Of a DNA stretch of 64,000 bases, positions 10,803-21,629 are shown piece after piece. The position numbers and the translations under genes are program-made. Location: contig CP128820.1 in the NCBI GenBank assembly GCA_051546255.1, positions 744,001 to 808,000 on the forward strand. The letters run 5' to 3'. The DNA is from Meyerozyma guilliermondii. Taxonomy: Eukaryota. How positions within the stretch are numbered: the stretch's first letter is position 1; every line of letters starts with the position of its first letter. Below the pieces are notes generated by a model. The model was not told the origin of the DNA. It made no database searches and saw only the letters and a list, made by a program, of their open reading frames with translations.

Positions 10803-11492
10803 ATGTCGTGTGAACACGAACATCATCACCACCATGTGGCCCCAGTTCCCACGAACCCTGGCCAGTCACTTCTCAGCCATATAGATATTCCCCATATTAG
10901 AGCACTCAATGTCGACCATCATAGCCATGTTGGCAAGATTTTCCGCAAACCAGAAGAAAAGTATCAATTGACTCCAGCAGTGGTTTCTGACTGCGACTCG
11001 CAACTCATCATTCATATACCCTTCACTTCGGGAACCGTCAAATTGCACTCGATCATTTTACGTACTAACGGAGACGTCCACTGTCCCAAGAAGATCAAGG
11101 TGTGGAAAAACGACGACCACATTGACTTTGACAATGCTGGTGCAAAGAAACCTACTCATACAATTGACCATCCCAGAGTGGGAGTCTTATACAACGATGT
11201 CGAAGATCTTCCCACGGAAATCGTCAGTGATGGCGATTTTGTCGAGCACCATGTCCCTCGCCATGTATTTAGTGGGGTAAGTCTGTTGACATTGTTTGTA
11301 GAGACTGTTTTTGGAGAAGACGACGAAGATGACGAGGACGAAGAACCATGCATTTTTCACTATATTGAGCTCCGCGGTGAATTCACAGCACTTTCCAAAG
11401 ATCCAGTGGTGACCTTGTACGAGCTGGCTGCTAATCCGGCAGACCACAAGGTGGACGAGGTGGGCACGGCCACGGGAATGAGTGGGTATTAG
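10803..11492 (+). CDS. PITH domain protein (PITHD1-like)
   Basis: His-rich N-terminus, SDCDSQLIIHIPFT, VKLHSIILR, IDFD, LYE(CTG=S)AANPADH. Confidence 0.9.
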   Translation: MSCEHEHHHHHVAPVPTNPGQSLLSHIDIPHIRALNVDHHSHVGKIFRKPEEKYQLTPAVVSDCDSQLIIHIPFTSGTVKLHSIILRTNGDVHCPKKIKVWKNDDHIDFDNAGAKKPTHTIDHPRVGVLYNDVEDLPTEIVSDGDFVEHHVPRHVFSGVSLLTLFVETVFGEDDEDDEDEEPCIFHYIELRGEFTALSKDPVVTLYELAANPADHKVDEVGTATGMSGY

Positions 11493-12094
11493 GAGGGAGA
11501 AGAGGAAGATAAAGAGGAAGAAAAAGTAGAGGAAAGAGAAAGAAGTGGAGAAGGAAACAGAATAATTGAACAGTGAAGTAATTATGCTCACTTGGCAAGC
11601 TCTCACTTTTCGCTGAAATAGAGGAAATGAAGGAAAAGTAGAGAGGAAGAGATTGCACAATTCCCTCTTTTTGAGATTCGATAAATGCTGTTCAATGAAG
11701 GGAAGCTTCAGCTTATTCTCACTGGATACTTCTGCATCATTCATCCTTCTTTTTAGTTGTCCACCTTTATGCCTACTTGATGTGAAAATCACTAAAGGCG
11801 AGTACACAAAAGATCTATTTTTTCATTATTTTTCGATTGTGGTTTTCCCATTAAAACTTATCAACACTAAGCAAAGACGTGCCATCTCAATTGACGCATG
11901 TTACTACAAAACAACTTACAATTCGACTGCTGTCCCGTATAGACTCTGACACGAGAGGTGGTCAATCATTGGTATTCTGTCAAATTCTTGAATATTTCTT
12001 CGTCAATTATACTATCTCTGGTGTTTAGCTGCTTCGAGTCAGTATTATGTCTGCATAAAGGGCTCTCAGTGATTCAATTAGTAACAATTCAATG

Positions 12095-12660
12095 ATCTTA
12101 TAGTTGCAGCCACTCTATAAAGGTCGTCCCATCCTCAATTTCAATTCCAGATATTGAGAAATTGAGGATGGGACGACATTTACAAAGTCGAGTTTATAAG
12201 TCATCCTAGAAGCCAAAGTAGGAAGACTTGAGGAGTCCATCAAGAGCATTAACCTTAGCTCTATTATGTGTAACGCGCTAAAGCTTGTGACAGCTCACAT
12301 GGTGCCACAATTTGCAGCCAAGTTTTCAAGGTCGTCCCATCCTCAATTTCAAAAGTCGAATTGACACTTCAGACACACGGAGCCTCTGGCAAGTGGGACA
12401 GACCCACTTTTGGTGTACGAGACTCAAATTTACGCACCAAAAATTCGCGAAAAGTGGGACGGATTTGTGTCCCACTTTTCTTCATGCAAGTATGTAAAAG
12501 TTTGCAGCCGCGCGCACAAATTGTAATTTCGTCCCACTTTGCCTAAATTTACTCATACTTTGTGGCTAAGCTCAAAGAGAAGCAATGCTACAGCTACTAC
12601 AAATACGTCAGATACAATGAACTCGTTGGTAACGTTTCTTGGAAATTTGGTAATTATTGG
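12095..12660 (+). repeat. Long diverged direct repeat, copy 2
   Basis: Motif at 12122 and 12330, inverted copy 12158-12177; GGTCGTCCCATCCTCAATTTCAAAAGTCGAATT identical at 8599 and 12330; 12-bp inverted repeat 12449-12460/12469-12480. Confidence 0.85.
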
Positions 12661-12830
12661 GTAGAAAAAATCGTGTCCCAAACCTAATAGCCCATCAAAC
12701 TCAATCAACCCAAAGCAAACAAAATCAAAAAAACCCATGAATTCTAATCCAATGTTGTCCTGAACCCAATTCCGCACCACAATCACACCACTCCGTCACA
12801 TGGTTCCACCACTTAGCCACCATTTGCAGC

Positions 12831-12847
12831 CGGAGTCCGTACACCCG
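12831..12847 (+). promoter_or_regulatory. Gal4-type CGG-N11-CCG site in GPM1 promoter
   Basis: CGGagtccgtacacCCG, upstream of TATATAA (12882) and ATG 12917; E-box CACATG at 12797. Confidence 0.6.
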
Positions 12848-12916
12848 AGTGCATCCACACACCCACACACCCGGCGGTCCGTATATAAGCCGTGCGGCCG
12901 CGCCCCGATCGCCAAA

Positions 12917-13663
12917 ATGCCAAAATTGATTTTGATTAGACACGGCCAATCCGAGTGGAACGAGAAAAACTTGTTCACAGGATGGGTAGACTGTAAGTTG
13001 TCCGACGTGGGCAGAAAGGAGGCTGCTAGAGCAGGAGAATTGATCAAAGAAAAGGGCTTGGTGGCTGATGTTTTGTACACTTCCAAGTTGTCCAGAGCCA
13101 TCCAAACTGCCAACATTGCTTTGGAAGCTGCCGACCAATTGTACATTCCCGTCAAGAGATCGTGGAGATTGAACGAGAGACATTATGGTGCTTTGCAGGG
13201 CAAGGATAAGGCCGCCACTTTGGAACAATACGGAAAGGAAAAGTTCCAGACATGGAGAAGATCGTTTGACATTCCTCCTCCAACCATTGAGGACTCTTCT
13301 GAGTTTTCCCAGGCCGGGGATATCCGTTACAAAGAAATTGACCCCGCTGCTTTGCCAAAAACCGAGTCGTTGAAGTTGGTTATTGACAGATTGTTGCCCT
13401 ACTGGCAAGACGAACTCTCGCGTGATTTGTTGGACGACAAGGTGGTTTTGGTGGTGGCCCACGGTAACTCGTTGCGTGCTTTGGTCAAGCACTTGGACAA
13501 GATTTCTGACGAAGAAATTGCCGGTTTGAATATCCCTACCGGTATTCCTTTGGTTTACGAGTTGGACGCCGAGTTGAAGCCAACCAAGCCAGCTTACTAC
13601 TTGGACCCCGAAGCTGCTGAGGCCGGTGCTGCCGCTGTTGCTGCCCAGGGACAAAAGAAGTGA
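12917..13663 (+). CDS. GPM1: Phosphoglycerate mutase
   Basis: [45 protein letters not shown]; highly biased codons. Confidence 0.98.
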   Translation: MPKLILIRHGQSEWNEKNLFTGWVDCKLSDVGRKEAARAGELIKEKGLVADVLYTSKLSRAIQTANIALEAADQLYIPVKRSWRLNERHYGALQGKDKAATLEQYGKEKFQTWRRSFDIPPPTIEDSSEFSQAGDIRYKEIDPAALPKTESLKLVIDRLLPYWQDELSRDLLDDKVVLVVAHGNSLRALVKHLDKISDEEIAGLNIPTGIPLVYELDAELKPTKPAYYLDPEAAEAGAAAVAAQGQKK

Positions 13664-13953
13664 ATACAAGATGATGGCGAATGAGCCAATGGAGACTTTC
13701 AATGCGTAGAACTGTAGTATTTAATCGCTTGGCTTTCTGTCAATGATCTCAACATCTCAATGATCAATGATCTCAATGCTCTCAGCTCTCAATGCTCAAT
13801 GAAACTCACCCAATATCTAATCTCAATGGCAATGACTTAACAGCCATTCTCACTGAAGAGTACCATATAGCAGCTTCATCTGGCAGTTCGCGCACCGCCC
13901 TGTGCAGTCCACATCACCGAATTTCTTCAAAAATATCCACAACTCTTCTCATC

Positions 13954-16362
13954 ATGTCTGCATTTGGAGGCAACAATGGCACCAATCTGGGCACAGGAGG
14001 AGCGTCTCCGTTTCAGTTTACGCTGCTGAACCAGAATCTGAAACCTGCTTTTGCTTTTGGGTCGTCAGCAACTTCCAATAATCAATCCAACAACACAAAC
14101 AACTCAAACACCAACAATAATACGACTACAAATACTTCTGGTGGTCTCTTCGGCGGTTCTGGTTTCGGATCGAACCAGGGGGGGTTCGGATCTGGGAGCA
14201 CGGGCGGTGGAAATGCGTTTGGATCCACTAATGCTTCGACTACTCCATCATCGGGGTTATTTGGAAACAACAATTCACAAGCTACGAATGTAGGAGGCTC
14301 TACGGCGCAACCAGCTGGGACTAGCAGTGCACTGGGAGGAATTTTTGGGTCTGGATCTGGCAATTCTGGAACTTCTGGAACTTCTGGTGCTGGTGGTACT
14401 GGATCTGGCTTCTCGTTCGGCGCCCCTCTGTCGCAGAATAAAGGCTCACTTTTTGGTCTGAACAACGCAGCAGCACCAGGCACGTCGAATCCTGGAGGTT
14501 CAGGAACTGGATCATCAGGAACCGGAGGTTTAGGAACCTTTGGTTCAAATACTGGTTTCGGTTCGAATGCTGGATCCGGGACCGCCAGCAAACCTTTCTC
14601 CTTTGGAGCCAACAAGGACGCATCTGCTACGTCCTCAGCACCTTTTGGATCTTCAGGTCAATCCAGCTTGTTTGCCAAGCCCGATGACAAGACAAGCACA
14701 AATTCAACTCAGCCAGGATTGTCGTTCGGCAATACAGACAAGAAGGAGAGCCCCAAACCAAACTTCTCTTTCTCAAAGCCCGAAGAGAACAAGAGCTCAC
14801 CTGCTTCTGGACTCTCTTTTGGCCAACAAAACGAAAAGAAAGATACACCTGCTGTTTCTTTTGGAAGTACCACTGACAAAAAAGATGCTACTCCTGGTTC
14901 CTCCTTCAGCAAACCAGAAGAAAAGAAGGAGAGCACTGCCAGCTCGGGATTTTCGTTCCAAAAACCAGAAGAGAAGAAGGAAGCATCAGGATTTACATTT
15001 GGGAAAACCGACGAAAAGAAAGACACCGCATCAAGTTCGGCCTTTTCCTTTGGTAAGCCAGCGGAAAAGAAAGACGCTTCACCTGGATTCTCATTCGGCA
15101 AGCCAGAAGAAAAGAAAGACACCACAACTTCCTCTGGATTGTCGTTTGGAAAACCAGCGGAAAAGAAGGAAGGCTCATCTGGATTTTCTTTGGGTACAAC
15201 AGAGAAGAAGGATACTCCTCTGACAGGATTTTCCTTGAGTAAACCAGCGGAAAAGAAGGAAGGCTCATCTGGATTTTCTTTTGGTACTACAGAGAAGAAG
15301 GATACTCCCCTGACAGGATTTTCCTTGAGTAAACCAGAAGAGAAAAAAGATACGCTGTCGGGCTTCTCCTTTGGAAAGCCAGCAGAAAAGAAGGAGGGAG
15401 CCACCTCTACAGGGGGCTTTTCTTTTGGCAAACCTGAAGAGAAGAAAGAGCCATCGGCAGGATTATCGTTCGGTAAACCCGCTGAGAGCAAACCACCATC
15501 GTCAGGGCTTTCTTTTGGTAAGCCAGAAGAGAAAAAGGAGACCTCCGGTGGCTTTTCTTTCGGCAAACCAGCGGAGAAGAAAGACACCCCATCCACAGGC
15601 ATATCATTTGGCAAGCCAGCGGAGAACAAAGACGGCTCCAAACCCGAGGAAAAGAAAGAAGATCAAAAGACCAAAGATGCTACAGCCACCACCACAAGCA
15701 GTGTCACCCTCAAGCCAACCCAAGTACAACCTATTGCCGAGTCCATTGACAACAAAACGATGGACGACCTTTTGGCAAAATGGTCCAAGCAGTTAACGTC
15801 CACCACCAAAATGTTCGATACATACACCACCAAAGTCAAGGAGTGGGACCAGCAGTTGGTGAGCAGCGGCGACGAAATTTTGTCGCTTTATAACGACACT
15901 ATCGAGGCTGAAGGGTTGCAATCTCGCATAGACCAGAATCTTGTGTATGTGGAGAGCCAGCAAGACGAGCTTGAAAAGTTGCTTGACAACTACGAAGCCC
16001 AAGCCGATATTCTTCTTAACAACATTGAATTGAGTGGAGAGGGAAGAATGGGCGGACCAGCTGGTGAATTAACTGCTACTGACAAGCTTCGAGAAAAAGC
16101 ATACCACAATGCCGAATTGTTGGATGAAAAATTGGACAGTTTGGGCCTGAATCTTGGAGCGCTAGTCAACGAAATCAACGGAGTCAGCGATGTGTTCAAC
16201 AAGAACTCACTCAATGAATTGGGAGCGGTTACCAAGGGAAGAACGAGCAACGACACCATTGAAGGCATCGTGCAACTTCTCAATCTTCATCTTGAAAACT
16301 TGAAATACGTTGAAAAGTCCGAGGAGATGTTGCGAGAAAAGTTGGGAAAGACCCAGGGCTAG
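13954..16362 (+). CDS. NSP1: FG nucleoporin Nsp1
   Basis: FG N-terminus, many FSFG-KPEEKK repeats, C-terminal coiled coil (IDNKTMDDLLAKWSKQL). Confidence 0.95.
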   Translation: MSAFGGNNGTNLGTGGASPFQFTLLNQNLKPAFAFGSSATSNNQSNNTNNSNTNNNTTTNTSGGLFGGSGFGSNQGGFGSGSTGGGNAFGSTNASTTPSSGLFGNNNSQATNVGGSTAQPAGTSSALGGIFGSGSGNSGTSGTSGAGGTGSGFSFGAPLSQNKGSLFGLNNAAAPGTSNPGGSGTGSSGTGGLGTFGSNTGFGSNAGSGTASKPFSFGANKDASATSSAPFGSSGQSSLFAKPDDKTSTNSTQPGLSFGNTDKKESPKPNFSFSKPEENKSSPASGLSFGQQNEKKDTPAVSFGSTTDKKDATPGSSFSKPEEKKESTASSGFSFQKPEEKKEASGFTFGKTDEKKDTASSSAFSFGKPAEKKDASPGFSFGKPEEKKDTTTSSGLSFGKPAEKKEGSSGFSLGTTEKKDTPLTGFSLSKPAEKKEGSSGFSFGTTEKKDTPLTGFSLSKPEEKKDTLSGFSFGKPAEKKEGATSTGGFSFGKPEEKKEPSAGLSFGKPAESKPPSSGLSFGKPEEKKETSGGFSFGKPAEKKDTPSTGISFGKPAENKDGSKPEEKKEDQKTKDATATTTSSVTLKPTQVQPIAESIDNKTMDDLLAKWSKQLTSTTKMFDTYTTKVKEWDQQLVSSGDEILSLYNDTIEAEGLQSRIDQNLVYVESQQDELEKLLDNYEAQADILLNNIELSGEGRMGGPAGELTATDKLREKAYHNAELLDEKLDSLGLNLGALVNEINGVSDVFNKNSLNELGAVTKGRTSNDTIEGIVQLLNLHLENLKYVEKSEEMLREKLGKTQG
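15151..15330 (+). repeat. Near-perfect 90-bp tandem duplication within NSP1 repeat domain
   Basis: 15151-15240 and 15241-15330 differ at only a few bases. Confidence 0.9.
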
Positions 16363-16696
16363 AGCAGAAATAGGAGAGCAGAGCTAGAAGAGGTATGGAT
16401 AGGAATGACGAACCAGGTAGAAGCACAGAAGTAGAGCAAATTGCAAAAAGTGCAAATTCAAAGTAAATGACAAATTTCAGATTGGACGTAACATGAAGAG
16501 CAAAGTTCAGAAGTAATCGACAAGCTACTAATATATCAAGTCAGAAGTAACAACAACTACCAGTGAAATATTTGTGCATTCTGCAGTATTGGTGGGGATG
16601 CCGCGGTTCGCAGCACATGCATTTCGCGCCCAAAAAGGTGGAGACCTAAAACGTTTATATCTGGTGGTTCCGTCTCAATCCCACAATTTATACACC

Positions 16697-17518
16697 ATGA
16701 AAACGCCCGGAATACTAGACATCATAAAGCTTCTTTTCAATCCCAATGTGTCCAAAATGATGATTTTGCAGATCGCTTATGGACAACTTAAAATCATTGG
16801 GTTGGCCAAGATTTTGTCTGCGGTTTTGGGTCTGCTTATTGTTGGTGTGTCTTCGGTAATTAAGGTGCCCCAAATCAAGAAGATCGTGAAGCCGGAATTG
16901 TTACTGAACCGGATCCAGGTGGCTCAGGGATTGAGTCTCGAAGGTATTAGTTTGGAGACACTTAGCAACTGGATCCATGTTGCTTACAACAGCCAAAATA
17001 ACAACCCGTTCCGCAATTACGGCGAGTCTCTCTTTGTGGGGGTCCAGAACATTGCAATTATCCTTCTTATCGACTATTACAATGCTCGGAGTCGTCTTGG
17101 AGCGGCTGGTCCCGGCGAAGACGACATCAAGATTCGCCAAGCTTTGCAAGAGCTAGTGCGCCCAGCGGCTGTAATTGCAGGCTCAATTGTGTTCTTGACC
17201 AAATTGGCACCCGAACGGTTGATTTCCACTTTGCAAATAGCCAGTATTCCGATTTCCATCGTGTCGAAATTGCCGCAAATCCGCCAAAACCACCGTCTCC
17301 AGCGTGCCTCACACTTGTCGGAGATCACAGTCGGCGCCAACTTGATCGGCTCGTTGATCAGGGTGTTCACCACCGTCCAGGACTTTGACAAGCTTGGCCG
17401 TGACAAGGTTTTGTTGGCAGGATACGGGCTGTCTTTGGTTTTGAACCTGGTGTTGGCGGGCCAGGTGTGGTACTATGGCAAGCAGGAGCAACAGGAGAAA
17501 CAGGAGAAGAAGGACTAG
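16697..17518 (+). CDS. PQ-loop membrane protein, MPDU1/Lec35-like
   Basis: SSVIKVPQIKKI and SKLPQIRQN PQ loops, GLSL, PF..YGE, RVFTT. Confidence 0.85.
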   Translation: MKTPGILDIIKLLFNPNVSKMMILQIAYGQLKIIGLAKILSAVLGLLIVGVSSVIKVPQIKKIVKPELLLNRIQVAQGLSLEGISLETLSNWIHVAYNSQNNNPFRNYGESLFVGVQNIAIILLIDYYNARSRLGAAGPGEDDIKIRQALQELVRPAAVIAGSIVFLTKLAPERLISTLQIASIPISIVSKLPQIRQNHRLQRASHLSEITVGANLIGSLIRVFTTVQDFDKLGRDKVLLAGYGLSLVLNLVLAGQVWYYGKQEQQEKQEKKD

Positions 17519-17540
17519 GTAGTGTTTCTGTTGTAAATGA

Positions 17541-18647
<1,107 letters not shown>

Positions 18648-18702
18648 TAGCATTTGTAAATAGCAATGAATAAATAGTATGCGGAATTAGGAGAGTCTAG
18701 CT

Positions 18703-19392
18703 TCAGTAGAGTGTCCATGCGGCAAGTGCAGTGTTTTCTTCTTTGTCTTCCTTAGCTTCCGTTTCTTGCACCGGCTGCGTGGGGGCATCTGGAAGCTTGG
18801 GATGCTCTTTGATTTCGTCGCTTGGAACCTCGGGCAATTTAGGTGCTTCTTGTTCCTTTTGTGCCTCTTGTGGCTTCTCCTTGGCAATACCGGCCTCGGC
18901 TTCCAATCTACGCAATTCTTCGTCAACCTCATTCTCCTCTCCATTCGAAAGCGAAAGTCCCGTCATTCCCAACATGTCCAGGATCTCCGCCGCCTTCATG
19001 TTTTCCTCATCTACGGTGTCCAAAAGCTTATCGATCCGCTCCACACTCATTTCCGAATTCAATCGCTTCAACACATCACTGCCAATCGTCAACCCCTGCA
19101 CCACATCTTTCTCTATAAGCTTGAACTCTATGGTCCCGATAAGATGCTCAAGGTTCCCAAGCTGTTCATAAGTCTTGGCAATGGTGGACTCTTGCTGTTT
19201 CTTGGATCGTAAGTAAACTTTGGCTCGTTCAGGCTGGTTGCGCTTAAGTGCCTCTCGTGCTAGTTCGGTCTGGCGAGCAATGACATGGTCCAATTTTCGC
19301 TGGTACTGTTTGAGCTTGTCGCGCTGCTGTTTGAGCTGGTATATGGCGCGATCCTGAGCCGTGATCTTTGGCGTCGACGGCGATTGTCCCAT
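18703..19392 (-). CDS. VPS20: ESCRT-III subunit Vps20
   Basis: Myristoylation-type MGQSPS start, KITAQDRAIYQLKQQRDKL, IEFKLIEKDV, LPEVP. Confidence 0.93.
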   Translation of the reverse strand: MGQSPSTPKITAQDRAIYQLKQQRDKLKQYQRKLDHVIARQTELAREALKRNQPERAKVYLRSKKQQESTIAKTYEQLGNLEHLIGTIEFKLIEKDVVQGLTIGSDVLKRLNSEMSVERIDKLLDTVDEENMKAAEILDMLGMTGLSLSNGEENEVDEELRRLEAEAGIAKEKPQEAQKEQEAPKLPEVPSDEIKEHPKLPDAPTQPVQETEAKEDKEENTALAAWTLY

Positions 19393-19646
19393 TGTAGAGC
19401 AAGTGCCGGCAGGAGTGAGATATGGATCGCTTACGTAAGCGATAACGACAATCAAGAAACCAATGTCAGAAGTAAGGATCTGAAGACCAAGACAGTTAAG
19501 ACAGTCAAGACATTGTAAGGCGAAGACATTGCTAGTCACTCCATCTTCAAAGATTGTATCACGAAACCAGGTCGAAGCAGTTTGAAACAGTCGAAGCAGT
19601 TACCACTATATGCATTCGCATCGCTCGCTTGATTGTTCCATCTGTG

Positions 19647-19672
19647 TTACCGCATTGGGACAAACATAAACA
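19647..19672 (+). promoter_or_regulatory. Mcm1 + Forkhead composite site upstream of CDC20
   Basis: TTACCGCATTGGGAC followed by ATAAACA. Confidence 0.6.
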
Positions 19673-19739
19673 TTGCCAATTAACGACGACGTTACAAATC
19701 AAAGGTCTCATTTACGGTTCAGAGCGCAACGGTTATAGA

Positions 19740-21386
19740 ATGTCTCTGCCGACAAAAGAGACTCGGACTATGATGTCGGTACCTGCCGCTGGAGTTATGT
19801 GTCCTCCACTGTCATCTTCGGGAGATTTTGCGGCTAATGAAGCTGGAAATCGAGCATATCTTCAAACCATGAGTCCCAATGTGGCTCATAAACGGGCTCC
19901 CAGTTCCAAGGAAAGCACAAAAACGCTGCCCAAGCGACGCACATTCAGTCGTCCAGCATTGCCCCCGTTGCAGTCGGTTTCCGGGCCGCTGCGAGCACAT
20001 CTGACGTTGGGGATCCGAACCACATCGCCTCGCAAGATGCTCCGCCGGTCGAATTCGCTGATGAGCCAGGGCAGTGGTGAGAGCTCCGACCGGTTCATCC
20101 CGTCTCGCCACACCACCAGCGGCAAAATCACCACCACAGACACCATGCCGCATCCCAATGCTTCGCCGCAAACCCATATTCGGGCCCAGTCGTCCAAGAT
20201 TTACCAGCAGCATATTGCCGAGGCGTGTGGATTAGAAGTGAATGCTCGTATTCTCCAGTTCCAGCCGGTGCCGCCAGAACGCAAAAAACCCGCCGATTTA
20301 TTCGCCGGGATCAACGTCAACCGAACCCGCACCCATCTCGCACCAGGTGCAGCGTCTGCCCGAGCCAAAAACATTCCTTCGGCACCAGAACGAGTATTGG
20401 ACGCTCCCGGGTTGGTGGACGATTTCTACCTCAATCTCTTAGCATGGTCGCTGACCAATTTGTTGGCCATTGGCCTCGAAGACGCCGTCTATGTGTGGAA
20501 CGCTTCCACCGGCCTGGTGGGGCTCTTGTGCGAGTCTCGGGCCATGGTGACATCGTTGCGGTGGGCGCAAGACGGGTCCTATGTTTCTGTGGGCCGCGAC
20601 AACGGCACGGTGGAAATCTGGGACATTTCGTCCAACCAGAAACTCCGAACCATCGACAACGGCCACGGAACCCGGGTGGCAGCCCAGGCTTGGAGCGCCC
20701 ATATTCTCACCGCCGGGTCGCGGACTGGGTCCATATACCACTCCGATGTCCGTATGGCACGCCACGCCGTTTCCACATTGGCTACCCATACCGCCGAGGT
20801 TTGCGGCATCGAATACCGAGGCGACGGCGGCCAGTTTTCCTCCGGCGGAAACGACAACTTGGTGTGTATTTGGGACGCCCGCAAGACATACTCAAGCAGC
20901 CAAACCACCCCGATATTCTCCAAATCCAACCATCGCGCAGCCGTCAAAGCACTTTCATGGTGCCCGTACCAACAGTCGTTGCTTGCAACCGGCGGCGGGT
21001 CATCGGATAAAACCATCCATTTTTGGAACACCTCCACCGGAGCCCGGATAAATACCATCGAAACCGAGTCACAGATTTCGTCCCTCAATTGGGGTTATGC
21101 TGCTGGTACCGGCATGGAAATCGTGGCTACTCACGGGTTCCCCACCAACAACATCTCGCTCTTTAATTACCCAACTCTCCAGAAAACCGGAGAAATAGTG
21201 TCTGCCCATGACACCCGCATCTTGAGCGGCTGCATTAGTCCCGACTACCTGACATTAGCAACCGTGAGCGGCGACGAGAATCTCAAATTTTGGTCGCTTT
21301 TCGACGCCAACAAAAAACGAGACTCAGTGCCACATGACGAGACCTCCGACACGAAACGGATGAAAAAGTTGATGAACATTAGATAG
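19740..21386 (+). CDS. CDC20: APC/C activator Cdc20
   Basis: C-box DRFIPSR, APERVLDAPGLVDDFYLNLLAWS, WD40 repeats, C-terminal IR; start codon uncertain. Confidence 0.9.
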   Translation: MSLPTKETRTMMSVPAAGVMCPPLSSSGDFAANEAGNRAYLQTMSPNVAHKRAPSSKESTKTLPKRRTFSRPALPPLQSVSGPLRAHLTLGIRTTSPRKMLRRSNSLMSQGSGESSDRFIPSRHTTSGKITTTDTMPHPNASPQTHIRAQSSKIYQQHIAEACGLEVNARILQFQPVPPERKKPADLFAGINVNRTRTHLAPGAASARAKNIPSAPERVLDAPGLVDDFYLNLLAWSLTNLLAIGLEDAVYVWNASTGLVGLLCESRAMVTSLRWAQDGSYVSVGRDNGTVEIWDISSNQKLRTIDNGHGTRVAAQAWSAHILTAGSRTGSIYHSDVRMARHAVSTLATHTAEVCGIEYRGDGGQFSSGGNDNLVCIWDARKTYSSSQTTPIFSKSNHRAAVKALSWCPYQQSLLATGGGSSDKTIHFWNTSTGARINTIETESQISSLNWGYAAGTGMEIVATHGFPTNNISLFNYPTLQKTGEIVSAHDTRILSGCISPDYLTLATVSGDENLKFWSLFDANKKRDSVPHDETSDTKRMKKLMNIR

Positions 21387-21629
21387 AGAATTGCATTTGA
21401 TGAACCACACCGTTTGTAGAGAAGGGTCCCCTCCAGTATGGGTGTGCGGATGTACTGCGGTAGCGGTTTTTCAAAACTCGACAAGGGAGACGGTCAGCAA
21501 TAGTAGACAAAAACAAAATCCCGGGCGGATAAAATACACCACTCGTTTTTATTTGAAGCAGGAAGAGAGTTTTCCGACTTTAAAAAGTGGTAGCATAGTG
21601 ACAGGTCATATACCCTCGTCTTTTACAAC

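Noticed and set aside
8417..12347. GGTCGTCCCATCCTCAAT copies as a CRISPR array
   Set aside because: Eukaryotic context, irregular spacing, mixed orientation, no cas genes
8390..12660. Direct repeats as LTRs of a retrotransposon
   Set aside because: No TG...CA ends, primer-binding site or gag/pol remnants seen; the interior holds a host gene
6872..12900. tRNA, rRNA or telomerase RNA in the large gaps
   Set aside because: No cloverleaf, rRNA similarity or clear telomere template seen by eye; a covariance-model scan is still needed to exclude ncRNAs
12725..13702. 325-aa antisense ORF over GPM1, and similar ones over NSP1, HOG1, the bZIP gene and NMD2
   Set aside because: Shadow frames from codon bias or low complexity of the real genes
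13738..13802. TCAATG(ATC) short repeats after GPM1; similar ones at 49780-49870 and a 12-bp duplication at 53207-53230
   Set aside because: Ordinary slippage repeats in terminator or intergenic DNA
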